Source of the DNA: Lingula anatina
Taxonomy: Eukaryota; Animalia; Brachiopoda
Assembly (NCBI GenBank): GCA_051362555.1
Contig: CM120648.1
Span: 2,457,721-2,521,720, forward strand
Reading direction: 5' to 3'
DNA: 64,000 bases
Part shown: in pieces, positions 37,845 to 49,974 of the stretch
Layout of the letters: each line of letters starts with the position of its first letter
Position numbering within the stretch: position 1 is the stretch's first letter
The notes under the pieces: generated by a model
What the model was told of the DNA's origin: nothing
Database searches by the model: none
Seen by the model: only the letters and a program-made list of their open reading frames with translations
Position numbers and translations under genes: made by a program

Positions 37845-38770
37845 TCTCATTCAAGAGGTTTTCAGCGAGGTTTGCGTCAGGTGACTGGGCAGGCCAAACC
37901 ACACATAGTGATGCTGTTAAAATCACTATTGTACATCCCTGGCCTGTGGGATGCAGGGTTATAATCTTGGAAAATGAACGGATGATCCCTGTCCCCAAAG
38001 ATGTTTAGATGTTTTTTACCGATGGTTAAAGGTGCTGGGGACAGAATTTCGCTCGTGGTTCAGGTTTCCATGTACCAATTCCTTAGAAACCAATGCACGC
38101 CAAACCATTATTGAAGTGGAATGTCTAGCTAGGAAATGCAGCAAGGTGAGATGATGTTCTCCATACTCTCACTTTTCCACCCACGATGTTAACTATGGAT
38201 GCGATCATCAGGAAATACAAAATAGCTCCAGTTTTGACCTTCTGTTCATGCAACGGTTCTTGCACCCCATGTCACTCTTCTGCGTCTGTTTACCAAGGTG
38301 ATAAGTGGTTTCTTCTTTGCAATGTTGGTGTTAATTCCTATAGCATGGAGCTTTTTGTAAACATTTCCTTTTCTTTTCTTAACCTGCAAATTACGCGACC
38401 AATGCAAAGCTAATTAGCTGCATGATTCAAATCTCTTGACAGCATAAAAAGGCGCCCATCGTCTGTGGCACTAGTTTTCTTCGGGTGGCCACGTCTTGTT
38501 GACTAATGGGCATCACCAGTACCCTCAATCCTTCTGCAAACTCTTCCTACGTACAGGCTGATCAGACACACCATATTTGGCGGTTATCTGGGGTAAATCA
38601 ACATCTACGTATACCCTAGCGATTCTCTCAGACAAACAATTTCTTTTCTTTCGTCATTTGGGAGCTCCCTTACTTTCACCATAATAGAAACTAGACAGTC
38701 AGAAGAGCGTTGCACCTTCCATGGCACCCGTTATGGTGCACATGGTTGAAAATTCGTCACTTTATGAACT
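37845..38770 (-). mobile_element. Degenerate Tc1/mariner (Tc1-type) transposase remnant
   Basis: WPAQSPDANLAENLLNEI matches the Tc1 WPxQSPDLNPIENLW motif; an upstream RRGHPKKTSATDD resembles the GRPRKT linker; several frameshifts. Confidence 0.75.
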
Positions 38771-41199
38771 GGTCCCTACATTAAAATTTCAGGAGCGGAT
38801 TTAGGCCGTCTTCTGGGTCTTCCGGAAGACGGTCAGATTTTCAAGTTTACATTGAAAGGTGCCTAATTTTTCCGTCGGAAGACGGACAAAAATGAAGAAC
38901 GGATCAACAAAGATAATTTGGAAGACTGTCAGAAAATATCTCTGAATCGCGCCCCTGTACATGGCACATAGCGCACTATTCACACAGATGGTGCAATACT
39001 ATTGTCACCCCCCGGAAGCTGTGTCGTATTTATCAGCACACAGGCACGCACTATATATCGTACGTCAGCAAGCACTCGCATGATTGTTAGCCGTTTATTG
39101 AGTATTGATCGCGTTTTTTGCATGAATATATATGTTCATATAAGAATAAGTGAACAGTTCATCTGAGTTTACCGGTCATCGCTATAACTATTCAAGTTTC
39201 TCTTTATTGGAAATGTACTTTTTCACATTTTAGATGGTTTAAAACACATTTTTAAACAATAGTGAGTGAATAATGGCCAGTTCAAAAACGAAATATCGCT
39301 AAAACAGATGAACAGATTTCTAATGGAGACGGATTATTTCTTCAATAGAAACTTATATTACTCCCGGTATTCTAGGAAATGTTACTTTTATGAAAGGATA
39401 TGAAATTCTGTTTGGCAACATCTCTATGTGATTGGCCTCATGAAGCTAGAATCCATTAGATGACTGATAGATGTTCGTTCTAATTAGTAGAATTGGAAGA
39501 GCTTTTGGATAATTTATTTTCTTTATATCATTTCTAGTAGCGTCAGAGTCCAGCCAAGGAGGTGATTTACTTGTTTGCGCACGCACAAGAGAGAGAGAGA
39601 GAGCGAGAAAGAGAGTTTGTCGCAGTGTGTGTGTGTGCGTGCAAGAAAGAGAGAGAGGAAGATAGAATACGAAATTTAAGTGTCAGCGATACATGTACAA
39701 TAATCTTGTAACAGACTACAAGCGAACCCTGTGATCAGACAGTACAGTGTGTATGTGCTGTCCATATATCTGGCACACGTTACACGTCAGGCACAAATGC
39801 ATGTTACACTGCCCTGGCTCTTTTGTTTTTGACATCCGGCTTTGTCAGGATCAGGAAGACAGCACCAGCTGTCAGGAAGGAGTAAGACGTGTGTGTTTGT
39901 GCAAGAAGTTATAATGAGATATAACTTCTTGGTTTGTGATAATGATGAGCTCTTCACGTATCACGAACGTCATTCTGTCTGACTTATGTTCTGTTTTACG
40001 TGTGGCTCAATCTTGTCAATGGGGAAATTGTGAACTTTTAAAGACAAATTTAGAAAAAAGAAACATTTTGAAAGGCACCGTACTTTAAAAGTCGCAAATG
40101 CTTAACATTAATACTTTCCTTTTGAGTGGTAACAACAAAATTAAAAACCGGATACCTAAAAGTTCTATATTCTTTGCAGGAAGTTCACCACAAATTGTTT
40201 GTAGATAAATTAATATTATTTTGATTCCTAAATAATGCATCTTTTAAGATTGATATTTTCCCCATCATAGGGTAAAAGGAACTGCGGCATTTTCCTATGT
40301 TAATTTTGAATATATTTACTTTTCACTTTGATTTGAAATCAATTACTATTGTATTTTTGTTTTAAACCCATCCATTGTGAATAAAAACGTATATGTGATA
40401 ATGATGTTTTTTTTAATTGTCTTAATTAATACAAAGCTAAACTGGCGTACGCTTGGCTGTAATCTTGAATTAAAATACCTCATAAAATGACTTTAGAATT
40501 TCACAGTGGTAAAAAAAAACATTCAAAAGGATGTATGCTTCTAGATCAAAAAATCCATGTTAACGCCATAATGGGAGTTATAAGTTTTAATACGCATATA
40601 ATGATAATGGAAGCTTGCATGGGAAAACAAAATTCTGACTAAAAAATATCCGACATAATCATTGACATGAAATGAAAATAATGCAAATTATTATCAAACC
40701 AAAAACCCGCCTAACAAAAATCATCCCAAGCCTAATTGTTTAGTTTAATTAGAACACAAATCCGTATATAGGGGAAAATTGATCCACGTGAAAGATGCTA
40801 GAAAACCCGTAATACATATAGGCCTACCAGTATTACGAAAGAAAAAAAGTAATATTATTATGGAAATAATTACCGATTTGAGAGTTAGAAAGTGATTTAT
40901 TATTGCAGCAGTGATCATGGACCTGCATATACTGGTATGACACATTTTTGTAATGCCTTAATTCTTACTTTTGTCTCCAACATACACAAAACGGAGAAAA
41001 AAAATATTTAACGCTTACACTACTAAAAGCCATTTTTAAAATTCCCGATGGAGACATCAAGATATTTATATTAAAAATATATAAGAAATTTTTATTGATT
41101 TCAGATAATAAATTGAAATTTTATCTTTTGGCGTCTATAATATCTGCAAATAACGAAATATTAACGAAAAATATCCCCCCCCCACCATCCCACCTCAGG

Positions 41200-41440
41200 C
41201 AGGGGCGAATCCAGGATTATTTGAAAGGGGGCGGGGGCGGATGCGAAGACAACCCTCTCCCCACCTTTGCGTGGGGTTTATGGACCGCTGAAGACCCCCG
41301 AAAATTTTGGTATTTTAGAGGGCGAATGGTGCCATTTGGTTCGGTTAAGAAATATAATGCAGCAAGTCAAAATTGTAATTTCAAGAGGGGACCATAGGTG
41401 TGATTTTTTTGTCACCCCTGACACCCCTTAAATCCGCCTG
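41200..41440. mobile_element. Non-autonomous DNA transposon family B (CAGGGGCGGATCCAGG-type ends), copy 1
   Basis: CAGGGGCGAATCCAGGATTATTTGAA ... AATCCGCCTG; internal similarity to 60448-60750. Confidence 0.7.
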
Positions 41441-42041
41441 ACAGGTAGGCCTACATGTAATGCTATATGTTAATTAATACGGGATTCATGCAGAATTCCA
41501 ATGTTAATCTTATGCTGGGTTTTTATGTTCATAAGCAATGCGGTTAATTAACTCTTTTCTTAATAAACTATTGTTATAGAAATCAATATGAACCTGCAAC
41601 AAAATTAAAATATATCCAAGACAAGCTTTATCTGAAGCATCGATGCAATCAAGTTTTTCTTTTCAAAGAATTGTTGCGCATGTCAGCTAAGGTACGTGAA
41701 ATGTATTTTATTTTTGTTATTCGTAAACAATCCTAAGATCTCATTTTTGGTGCTAAAATGTACTTGACATAACAAAACTCAATGGCGAGTACGTTAACTC
41801 ACAGATGTCAAAATATTTTCTCTCTCGGGTCAATTTATAAGTCACCCATGCCACTTACACGAACATATATATTTCCCTTCAAATACAGTCGTTTTATTTA
41901 TTTATTTTTAAACCTTATAATGTTTAGTTAAGGCGAAATAATGAATGATTGATTTTAAAGTAATCATCGACATAAAACAAACCTCAATTTTTAGACACTG
42001 CTATCCTTGAAGTGGTGTAATGTGGGTAGGACCCCCTCCCC

Positions 42042-42085
<44 letters not shown>

Positions 42086-42466
42086 CCACCCACACACAAA
42101 ATTAATATTTGTGTAAAAGCAACAGAAAATACATCGACTACAACCTCAGCTCCAACACCTGCTTTGCATTGTGGCATATAATTTCAGATCAGATAAAATC
42201 AGAAGCCTAAACAAATGGAGCAAGCCAACTGGTGCAGATTTTGTCCATGCCCATAAACAGCTAAATGAAGAAAAAACTGATCATGGGAAGGGACAAAATA
42301 CACGCCAGAAACATCAAGACATAAAAACAAGGTAACATTAATACGGTGACTGGTATGAAGGTACTGGTATTAATTCTGTCTTTGACTAGACAAGAACTAG
42401 CACCAATTTGCATGTGTTAGCACTCCTATTTAAAGTGTCTGATATGTCACATTTTTGTCTTTACAG

Positions 42467-42559
42467 ATGCCAAAATTAAAAAAAGCAAAGTGCCGTAATA
42501 AGCCGGCAAAAACAAAAGAAAAAAGTGAAAAAGTCAGGCAAAGACAAGCTGTGTTTGAG
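42467..42559 (+). CDS. C2H2 zinc-finger protein, predicted coding exon 1 (basic, NLS-like)
   Basis: ttacag|ATG...GAG|gtatg, 93 nt; MPKLKKAKCRNKPAKTKEKSEKVRQRQAVFE; phase-compatible with the downstream exons. Confidence 0.6.
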
Positions 42560-43117
42560 GTATGTATTTTTTTTTTTTTTTTTTTTTGTGAAGGTTATTT
42601 TTTCCCCACAAATTGACATATTGACATTCATTACATGTCACAAATATGCTTTTTTGAATTCAAAACGTTTTTTCATTTTCTCAGTTATATTTTGTCTTAT
42701 CATGTGGTGTTGCAGCTTTAGATTAAAGAAAATGTGTCAAATATGTAAGTTTTAAATTGTTGTTTATAATGATCTTGACATTGCATGTAAAAATGCCCTT
42801 TATAAAGTGGGTCTTTCATGAAAAATGTGACTCTGGCTCACATTGGTGATGCACACAGTTCTGTAATATTTGTACAACTGTTTAATATTACTTCTTGCTT
42901 ACTTGTTATTGATATCTTTCCATATTTGAGGTTAATATAAAAGACTTAGAAATACTGGGGTATGTGTAAGTGAAAATTATGAATATAATACTAAAAGTGT
43001 GGGCATCACTGATATGCCTCAAAGAAAGAGAGAGAGAGAGTCACTTTTTTGGTGGATTCAGGAATGAGCAAAAATTTACTTATTGTTACTGCATCATTAT
43101 ATTTCATTTGCTTTCAG

Positions 43118-43172
43118 TCTCTAGCGCATCACGTCTCTGTGGAGCTGGATGAGGCCTATGTGGAGTTTACAG
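43118..43172 (+). CDS. C2H2 zinc-finger protein, predicted coding exon 2
   Basis: ctttcag|...G|gtaat, 55 nt, phase 0/1; SLAHHVSVELDEAYVEFT; joins in frame (G|AT) to the large exon. Confidence 0.65.
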
Positions 43173-43617
43173 GTAATATACCATCTACAGGCCTGTTCTT
43201 GGCGGTAAACTCAATGGCTTATGTTTAAAATTTGCCTCCCCTTTCCCTACGAATCCCCCGCCCCACTCTAGCAAAGCCCTGGCACGGCCAGCAAATCTGA
43301 AAACCATGTATAAATAGTTATATCCAACTCCAGTAGTGATATTCCACTTCTTGGTTTTCAGATATGTAAAAAAATCAAATTTGTATAGAATCTTATGAAC
43401 ATGTAATGTTCTTAATGATTTTTACACATACTCTGTAAGCCTCTGTTACACTACATTGTACTTTAATGATTCAGTTGCAGAAATGAGAGTTGTTAATACA
43501 AAAAATGAAGCATGAGAATGCATGAACAATCTACTAAGCCAGATGTTATATATAAAGCATTGTTTTGAGTGGTAAAGTACACCAATTTTTACTGTGTTGT
43601 ACACATTTTTATTACAG

Positions 43618-45365
43618 ATGGGATGGACTCGGTTGATAACATCACACCCGAGGGCGTGGTCACCCACATCAAGAGTGAGCCAGGAGGGGAGGACCTCGCA
43701 CATTACGTCCACGATAAAGACTCTCCCTTAACTGACCAGGGGCATGACGCCTTAAACAGAAAACCTGACCAGGTGGTTGTACATGTACCTTATATAAAAA
43801 CAGAACCAAGTGACTCGAGTGAGAATTATGTACACAGTGAAGACATTGAAAGTCCGGGTCTACTTGGAAGTCAAGAGACGGACCACATCAAGCACCTAGC
43901 CAGGCAGAACATCGCCTATGCACACGTGGTGTCCAGTTTTAATTTTGAACATGAATGTGTGAAGAGGGAAGAACTCGGTGAAAATGCTGAAGAAGAAGAA
44001 GAAGAACAACAACAACAAAGCGAACAACGAGACCATTTTACCATGCCTGTTGCGGTTATCAAGCTGGAGAAAGTGGACCTGGCATCTCCGTCAAACGGCG
44101 TCTCCAGACTGGAAGGGAATCTTGATGGAGATGCCTCAAAAAACAATTATTCAGGAACCACGTATCCGGCTGATGGCCTCGGTGTGGAGGACACAGGCTT
44201 TTACATCAGGTTGGCACCAGACAGCCAGTACGAGACTGAAACCTACTCGGTTACCGTAAATGATGGGTTTGACGGTCAACTAGAGGATGTAGTGCCCGAC
44301 ATGAAGCCAGACGTCTCTGACGACGCCTGGGAGCTGCATTCAGAACTCCCCCAGCCATTTCCCGTGTCTTTACACACAAATATCCACACTGGGCGGCAGC
44401 AGCAGCAAGATTTGGACCAAGACAAGACCATCTCTACAGCTGGAACCAAATTGAAAAAGACTCGTGCGAGTAGCGGTAAAAAAAGCACTGGCGGTTCTTC
44501 CCGAAAAGGTGTGAAGAGAAAAAACAGTAAATATTATGCCCATTCCTATGTCAATGGCTCCCTGGTGACTTCAGGGGCTGGAAAGAGTAAGAAAAAGAAG
44601 AGAGGACCGAAGTCCTCAGATATGTGTAAATACTGTGGGGAGTGGCTGGGGCTGTCCCAGGACAACTCGGGGGTGAAGTGCACGCGGTGCCAGTCTGTCT
44701 TCCACTGTGAGGGCAGCCTGGTGCAGCACCAGAAGTCTCACGCACCACGCACCGTCCCCAACGCTAAGGAGGACAGGCCGTACTCCTGCATTTACTGCGG
44801 CAAGCAGTTCACGCAGAAGGGAAACTGCAAGGAACACGAGCGCATTCACACGGGGGAGAAACGCTACCAGTGCCAGTACTGCGATAAGATGTTCTACACC
44901 AATAGTAAAGCCACGGTGCACGCGCGGATTCACACGGGAGAGAAACGCTTTCAGTGCAGTTACTGCGACAAAAGATTCACTGAGAGCAGCAAATGCGTTC
45001 GTCACCAAAGAATTCACACTGGGGAGAAACCGTACAAGTGTCAGTATTGTGACAAGGCGTTTTCTGTGAAGACAAATTGTTCAATTCATGAAAGGCTTCA
45101 CAGGCGAGATAAACCTTTCGAGTGTCAGATATGTGGAAAACGCTTCGCACAGAACGGGAACCGTAAGGAACACGAGAAAACTCACGAGAGAAAGGAAATT
45201 AGGAAAATGAAGAAACTGATGAAGAGTAATGTAGATAAAGATTTGGACAAAATATTGCAGAAGATGAAAAAAGAGAGAGACGAAACGAAATCTAGTAGCG
45301 AATTGGATGATAAAAATGAGGAGGATGGCGGCCCCGGATTAGAAGAGACAAGTGGGCATCTTTAG
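43618..45365 (+). CDS. C2H2 zinc-finger protein, main exon (6 fingers; total ~631 aa)
   Basis: attacag acceptor; IKSEP/IKTEP/VKREE SUMO-like motifs; CxxC..H...H fingers with TGEKR/PY linkers. Confidence 0.92.
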
Positions 45366-46629
45366 TTTTATTAGTTGAATGTAATGTATAAGTCAACATT
45401 TTATTAACAGCACCGCATTTTGTTATTGTGAGCCCAAGAACTGTAGCGTGCGACGTTAATTAAAACTCCGAGGTTCTATTCCAGCAATTGCATGACTGTA
45501 AAACCACTTTTCTCAGCTGGCGTGAGCATTACAATTCCTCTACATGTAGAAGTGATAGTGTTAGCAGGGTGGTATTTGAAATGCCAAGTCGTTTACATGC
45601 ATGTTAAAACGAGAAAAAATTGTTTAACACCGTGTCTCTGTTGTGTAAAGATTTAAGTGTTATATCGCTGAGGTTTACACCGGTCCATTGCTACTCTCTA
45701 CCAGGGTCACAGGGACGGTTGTTTTCGTGGGATATTCACAGGTAGTTCAATGGCTAGTCCAATGAGGATTAAAAAATAAAGAGAATGGAGACTGTATATG
45801 TTGATGAGAAGTACTAGTACTACATTGGTGCTTTATATTAAGGCAAACTCGAGATAAACGAAACAATTTATCAATTGAATTAAATAGGAAGCAGAGGGGA
45901 AAAGGTCCTTGAAAGGTACAGACATGAGCTTTTTCCACGGAATTCCACGTTTTTTAATTCAATTCTAAGGCGGCCCCGGACCCCGGCTGGTTAGGTGTTG
46001 GGCCCCATGATGAATGTTCAGTTTTTTTTTTTTTTTTTGGAAACCTACGCTCATGTCTGAAGGTATATGCATATAGAAACAACGAAGTTTTGGAAGCATT
46101 AGTCGTATTTTCGTGCACTGATACGATTTGGCTATAATAAATGAAGTATGTCAAGTGTAAAATCTTGTTTAAATGTTGGCGTATAACAGGCCCTGCTGTT
46201 TCGTGCAATATATGGAGAAAAAGTAATTCTGAGGCACTCCCGACGTCGTCTGTTAAATTAACCGTGGTCTGCCGTTGTTTTTGTCGACCTGCATTCAAAT
46301 GACGTATTGGAAAAATAAAATAATGCAATCAAAAGTCTGGTCGCCATTTAGGACGGATAATAGCAGACAAACAGCGGTAATAACCTCAAATATTTGCGCC
46401 AGACAAAGTCAACCTGCTAATAAAAACAAATTTTGGTTCAAGACTTGTTTAAATAGAACACTCACTACTTATGCTGTGTGGAGCCGTCTCTCTCTTTCTC
46501 TTCCCCTCCCCTCTCTCTCCCTCGTCCCCCTCCCTCCAGGGTAGAAAGCCATGTGGCGTAAGCGTTGTTTTTACGTTACACTGAAAATGTTCGTTTAAAT
46601 CATATGTGCCGAATAGTGGGTTTGATTGG

Positions 46630-46663
46630 ACCCCCCCCCCCCCCCCCAAAAAAAAAAAAAAAA

Positions 46664-46726
<63 letters not shown>
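46630..46726. repeat. poly-C / poly-A / (AT)n low-complexity tract
   Basis: Directly visible. Confidence 0.9.
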
Positions 46727-46727
<1 letters not shown>

Positions 46728-47532
46728 CAAAAACTGATAATAAATGCTAAAATAAAATAAAAAGCTGGTTTACTACATACTGTCGGTGTTTGGTCGTCAA
46801 AGGGTGCAACCCCACTGCTCGTAATATATTTCATGTTTCATTAAAATATTTACACTTCTTTTACTTGATGTCTACCCTTTTGCGTATTTAGATTTAATTT
46901 AGATTGCACTAGTTCCTATATGATGATATTGTCTAGTAACAGTAAGGAAAGGAAATATTACGTCTACTCAGGAAATTGCAGCAGTATATAAAATGAGTCC
47001 AAAAATAGAGCGAAACTATAGATCAACTTTAAAAACAGGTGCGTTTTCCATGGGCTCCGTCAAAACATCGTTAAAATGCAGTGCTCACGGGGAAACACTG
47101 TCGATATGTATACGTGACTACAGGCGCTGGAACTTACCATATCAGGCTTTAGGTTTAGTTGAACTGAAAAGAAATCATTTCACCATTTGAATTTAATTAA
47201 GACTGGGAAATAGCATGCATGCCCTGTAAAAATACAAATATTGGTACCTTTAAATGATGTCGGCTAAGGACAACCGACGCCCTCAGAAGTATAGCGTTTT
47301 AAGATACATGTACAGTATTAAAGAGGAGTGAGAGACGCAGTAGATGAGGAGAGCTAGACAGAACGCTAAACGCTCGGGACGCTAAACGCTGTATATTTTT
47401 ACCACAACCTCAACTTAATCCCAACTACTGCTGTATTGCTGGGAGGCAGATGTGATGTTAACTCCTCCAGGCAATGCGACACACCGCATATAATTCCACA
47501 GCGGCAAAAGAGAACAGTCTACTCGGGATGCG

Positions 47533-49974
47533 ATGGGGAGCGACATGCTTACAATCATTGCTTTTATTCTGCTGGGGTTTCTCAATATTCAGCTTTTCCT
47601 CTACATGGATTTCTCCGCCTTGGTGACAGGAATCGGTCAAACTGCAGCGACGACCGTGGCTGAAAAAGGGGACACCCAACGAAAGACAAGCAGAGCGTTT
47701 AACGCGGACTTCATCGTGACGGGTTGGGGTTTCAGTAACAATATAGTCGTACATGGAAAAAACGTCTCCACTGCTACTCTGCCGAGGCCCCTGCTTTATA
47801 AATTTAGCAAAGACACAGATTTTCCAGGTTTTCAAAGTTTTAATGACGTCAAGAAGAGCGTGAGCAAGCGTCACGGAAACAAGCCTTCCAACGTCAGTAT
47901 AACTCAACAAAATACTCGGCCTTCCGACGCTCAGTTACTTATACGCATGGATTATAATAACTTGTCAGCTATTAACAAGATGGAGGATGCAAGTTTTCTA
48001 ATTGAAAAACAAAATGAAGCTGTAAAAGAAGAAAATAAAAATGGAGAAAAAGAGAAAGAAATAATCGACCACCAAAAGATCGTTGAAGATCCAAGTAAAA
48101 CTGCAGCACTTTCGAAGGTTCAGTTACCAGTGCAAAATGATCCAAAGAGTCCATCAGATACAAATCGGGAAGAAGGACTTATAGCAAAAGATGAAAAAGA
48201 AAATAAATCTGGGGAAAAAGAAGAAATTGGTCCATCGGTCTTAAGCAATAATCAAGCACCTGCATCCTCTTCCCAAATTCAAGTACTAAAACAAAATGAT
48301 ACAAGTAACACATCAGATGTAGTTAAAGTACCTCATTCAGAAGTCGGAAAAGAAAACAAATCCGGAGAAACAGGAAAGTTGAAGATCGACCCTACTGATA
48401 CCACTGAAGCCGCAGCTAAAGTAGACGACGTAAAAGTCAGTGAAGTGAACGCAACATGGAACCGAATAACCAGAATGACAAGTCACGGGGAATACGGATT
48501 TAATGCAACAGCCACCGATTTGCTCACGCTACACAGAACGCTACCGGATATCCGCCCAGAAAAATGTCATTCCATTAAGTACGACCTGAGTCGGCTGCCA
48601 AGAACCAGTGTCGTCATACCGTTTTTTAACGAGGCATGGTCGACGCTCCTAAGGACCGTTCACTCTGTTCTGGACGCCACCCCGCCGGAACTTCTGCTAG
48701 AAGTCATCCTGGTAGACGATAACAGCACCTACGATTATCTGGGAGCTCCGCTGGCTGATTACGTCGACGAGCTAGAAAAGGTCAAACTGCACCGACTGGA
48801 AGAACGCAGCGGGTTGATGGTTGCTAGGCAGCACGGCGCATCACGTGCCAGCGGTGACGTGCTCTTCTTTTTGGATTCGCACTCAGAGATGGGAACTGAT
48901 TGGCTGCAACCTCTGGTCGCCAGGATCAAAGAATGCCGCTCGTGTGTCGTCATTCCCGTCATGGATCTGATAAAACCGCACGATTTTGAGTTCATGAGAG
49001 CCGTGCCAGACTTTCGCGGTACTTTTGACTGGGATATGACCTTCCGGTGGAGGAAAATACCCATTGATGTTCTGAAGAACCGTGAGGGGGAGCTTTCACC
49101 GATTCCCACCCCGACCATGGTTGGGTGTGCACATGGCATCGACCGGAAGTATTTCTGGGAGCTCGGAGCGTATGATACTACGATGGAAATTTGGGGGGCG
49201 GAGAATATCGAACATTCATTTCGCATATGGATGTGTGGCGGTCGCCTGGAGACCATTCCGTGCTCACGTGTTGCCCACGTGTTCAAACATGGTGGTCTAA
49301 CTTATACCTTTAAAAGTGTGAAGACCAAATCGAGTGCCATAATCCAGAAGAATCAGATAAAGACGGTAGAACTTTGGCTAGACGAGCACAGAGATATCTT
49401 TTATGCCACGCAATGGGCCATCGAGCCCGTGAATTATACGCACATTGAACAGCGCCAGGAGCTGAGAAAACAATTGGGATGTAAACCGTTTTCTTGGTAC
49501 GTCGAAAATATCATCCCCGATACACCGGTGCCTTTAAAATCTAATCTGTATTTCGGACAGTTGATTCACCACACGAAAGAGGACACGTGCCTCAGTTATG
49601 ACGTCACATCTCGCGATGGTCACGTGGTCTGCAGCACGCCCTGCTCAGATCAGTACGTCGCCGAGCACGCCTTTCATTTTGATGCAAACGGCAAATTTAT
49701 GTTTTACGCAAGGTGTTTTAATTTAACTGAAAACGCAACACTCAATCTTACCAGTGAATGCAACAATACAACCAACACATGGACATTTGAAAATTCTATG
49801 CTCAAACATCTTGGCACAAACCGTTGCTTGGGATTGGACAGTGAAGGTCAGGTGACCATGACGTTGTGCGCAGAGTCAGACGCCTCCCAGAAATGGCGTT
49901 TTACTTACCATTTTAATTGGGACATTGGAAAGAAAAAGCCGTGGGAAGAAACTTTGAGAGAAAAGGAAGAATGA
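47533..49974 (+). CDS. Polypeptide N-acetylgalactosaminyltransferase (GT27/GALNT family), intronless, 813 aa
   Basis: N-terminal type II TM; LPRTSVVIPFFNEAWSTLLRTVHSV; EVILVDDNS; FLDSHSE (DxH); IWGAENIEHSFRIWMCGG; PCSRVAHVFK; C-terminal ricin-B lectin ending SQKW. Confidence 0.95.
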   Translation: MGSDMLTIIAFILLGFLNIQLFLYMDFSALVTGIGQTAATTVAEKGDTQRKTSRAFNADFIVTGWGFSNNIVVHGKNVSTATLPRPLLYKFSKDTDFPGFQSFNDVKKSVSKRHGNKPSNVSITQQNTRPSDAQLLIRMDYNNLSAINKMEDASFLIEKQNEAVKEENKNGEKEKEIIDHQKIVEDPSKTAALSKVQLPVQNDPKSPSDTNREEGLIAKDEKENKSGEKEEIGPSVLSNNQAPASSSQIQVLKQNDTSNTSDVVKVPHSEVGKENKSGETGKLKIDPTDTTEAAAKVDDVKVSEVNATWNRITRMTSHGEYGFNATATDLLTLHRTLPDIRPEKCHSIKYDLSRLPRTSVVIPFFNEAWSTLLRTVHSVLDATPPELLLEVILVDDNSTYDYLGAPLADYVDELEKVKLHRLEERSGLMVARQHGASRASGDVLFFLDSHSEMGTDWLQPLVARIKECRSCVVIPVMDLIKPHDFEFMRAVPDFRGTFDWDMTFRWRKIPIDVLKNREGELSPIPTPTMVGCAHGIDRKYFWELGAYDTTMEIWGAENIEHSFRIWMCGGRLETIPCSRVAHVFKHGGLTYTFKSVKTKSSAIIQKNQIKTVELWLDEHRDIFYATQWAIEPVNYTHIEQRQELRKQLGCKPFSWYVENIIPDTPVPLKSNLYFGQLIHHTKEDTCLSYDVTSRDGHVVCSTPCSDQYVAEHAFHFDANGKFMFYARCFNLTENATLNLTSECNNTTNTWTFENSMLKHLGTNRCLGLDSEGQVTMTLCAESDASQKWRFTYHFNWDIGKKKPWEETLREKEE

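Noticed and set aside
46530-46630. Possible SINE tail remnant on the minus strand
   Set aside because: No A/B boxes or tRNA-like head were identified; too short to support.
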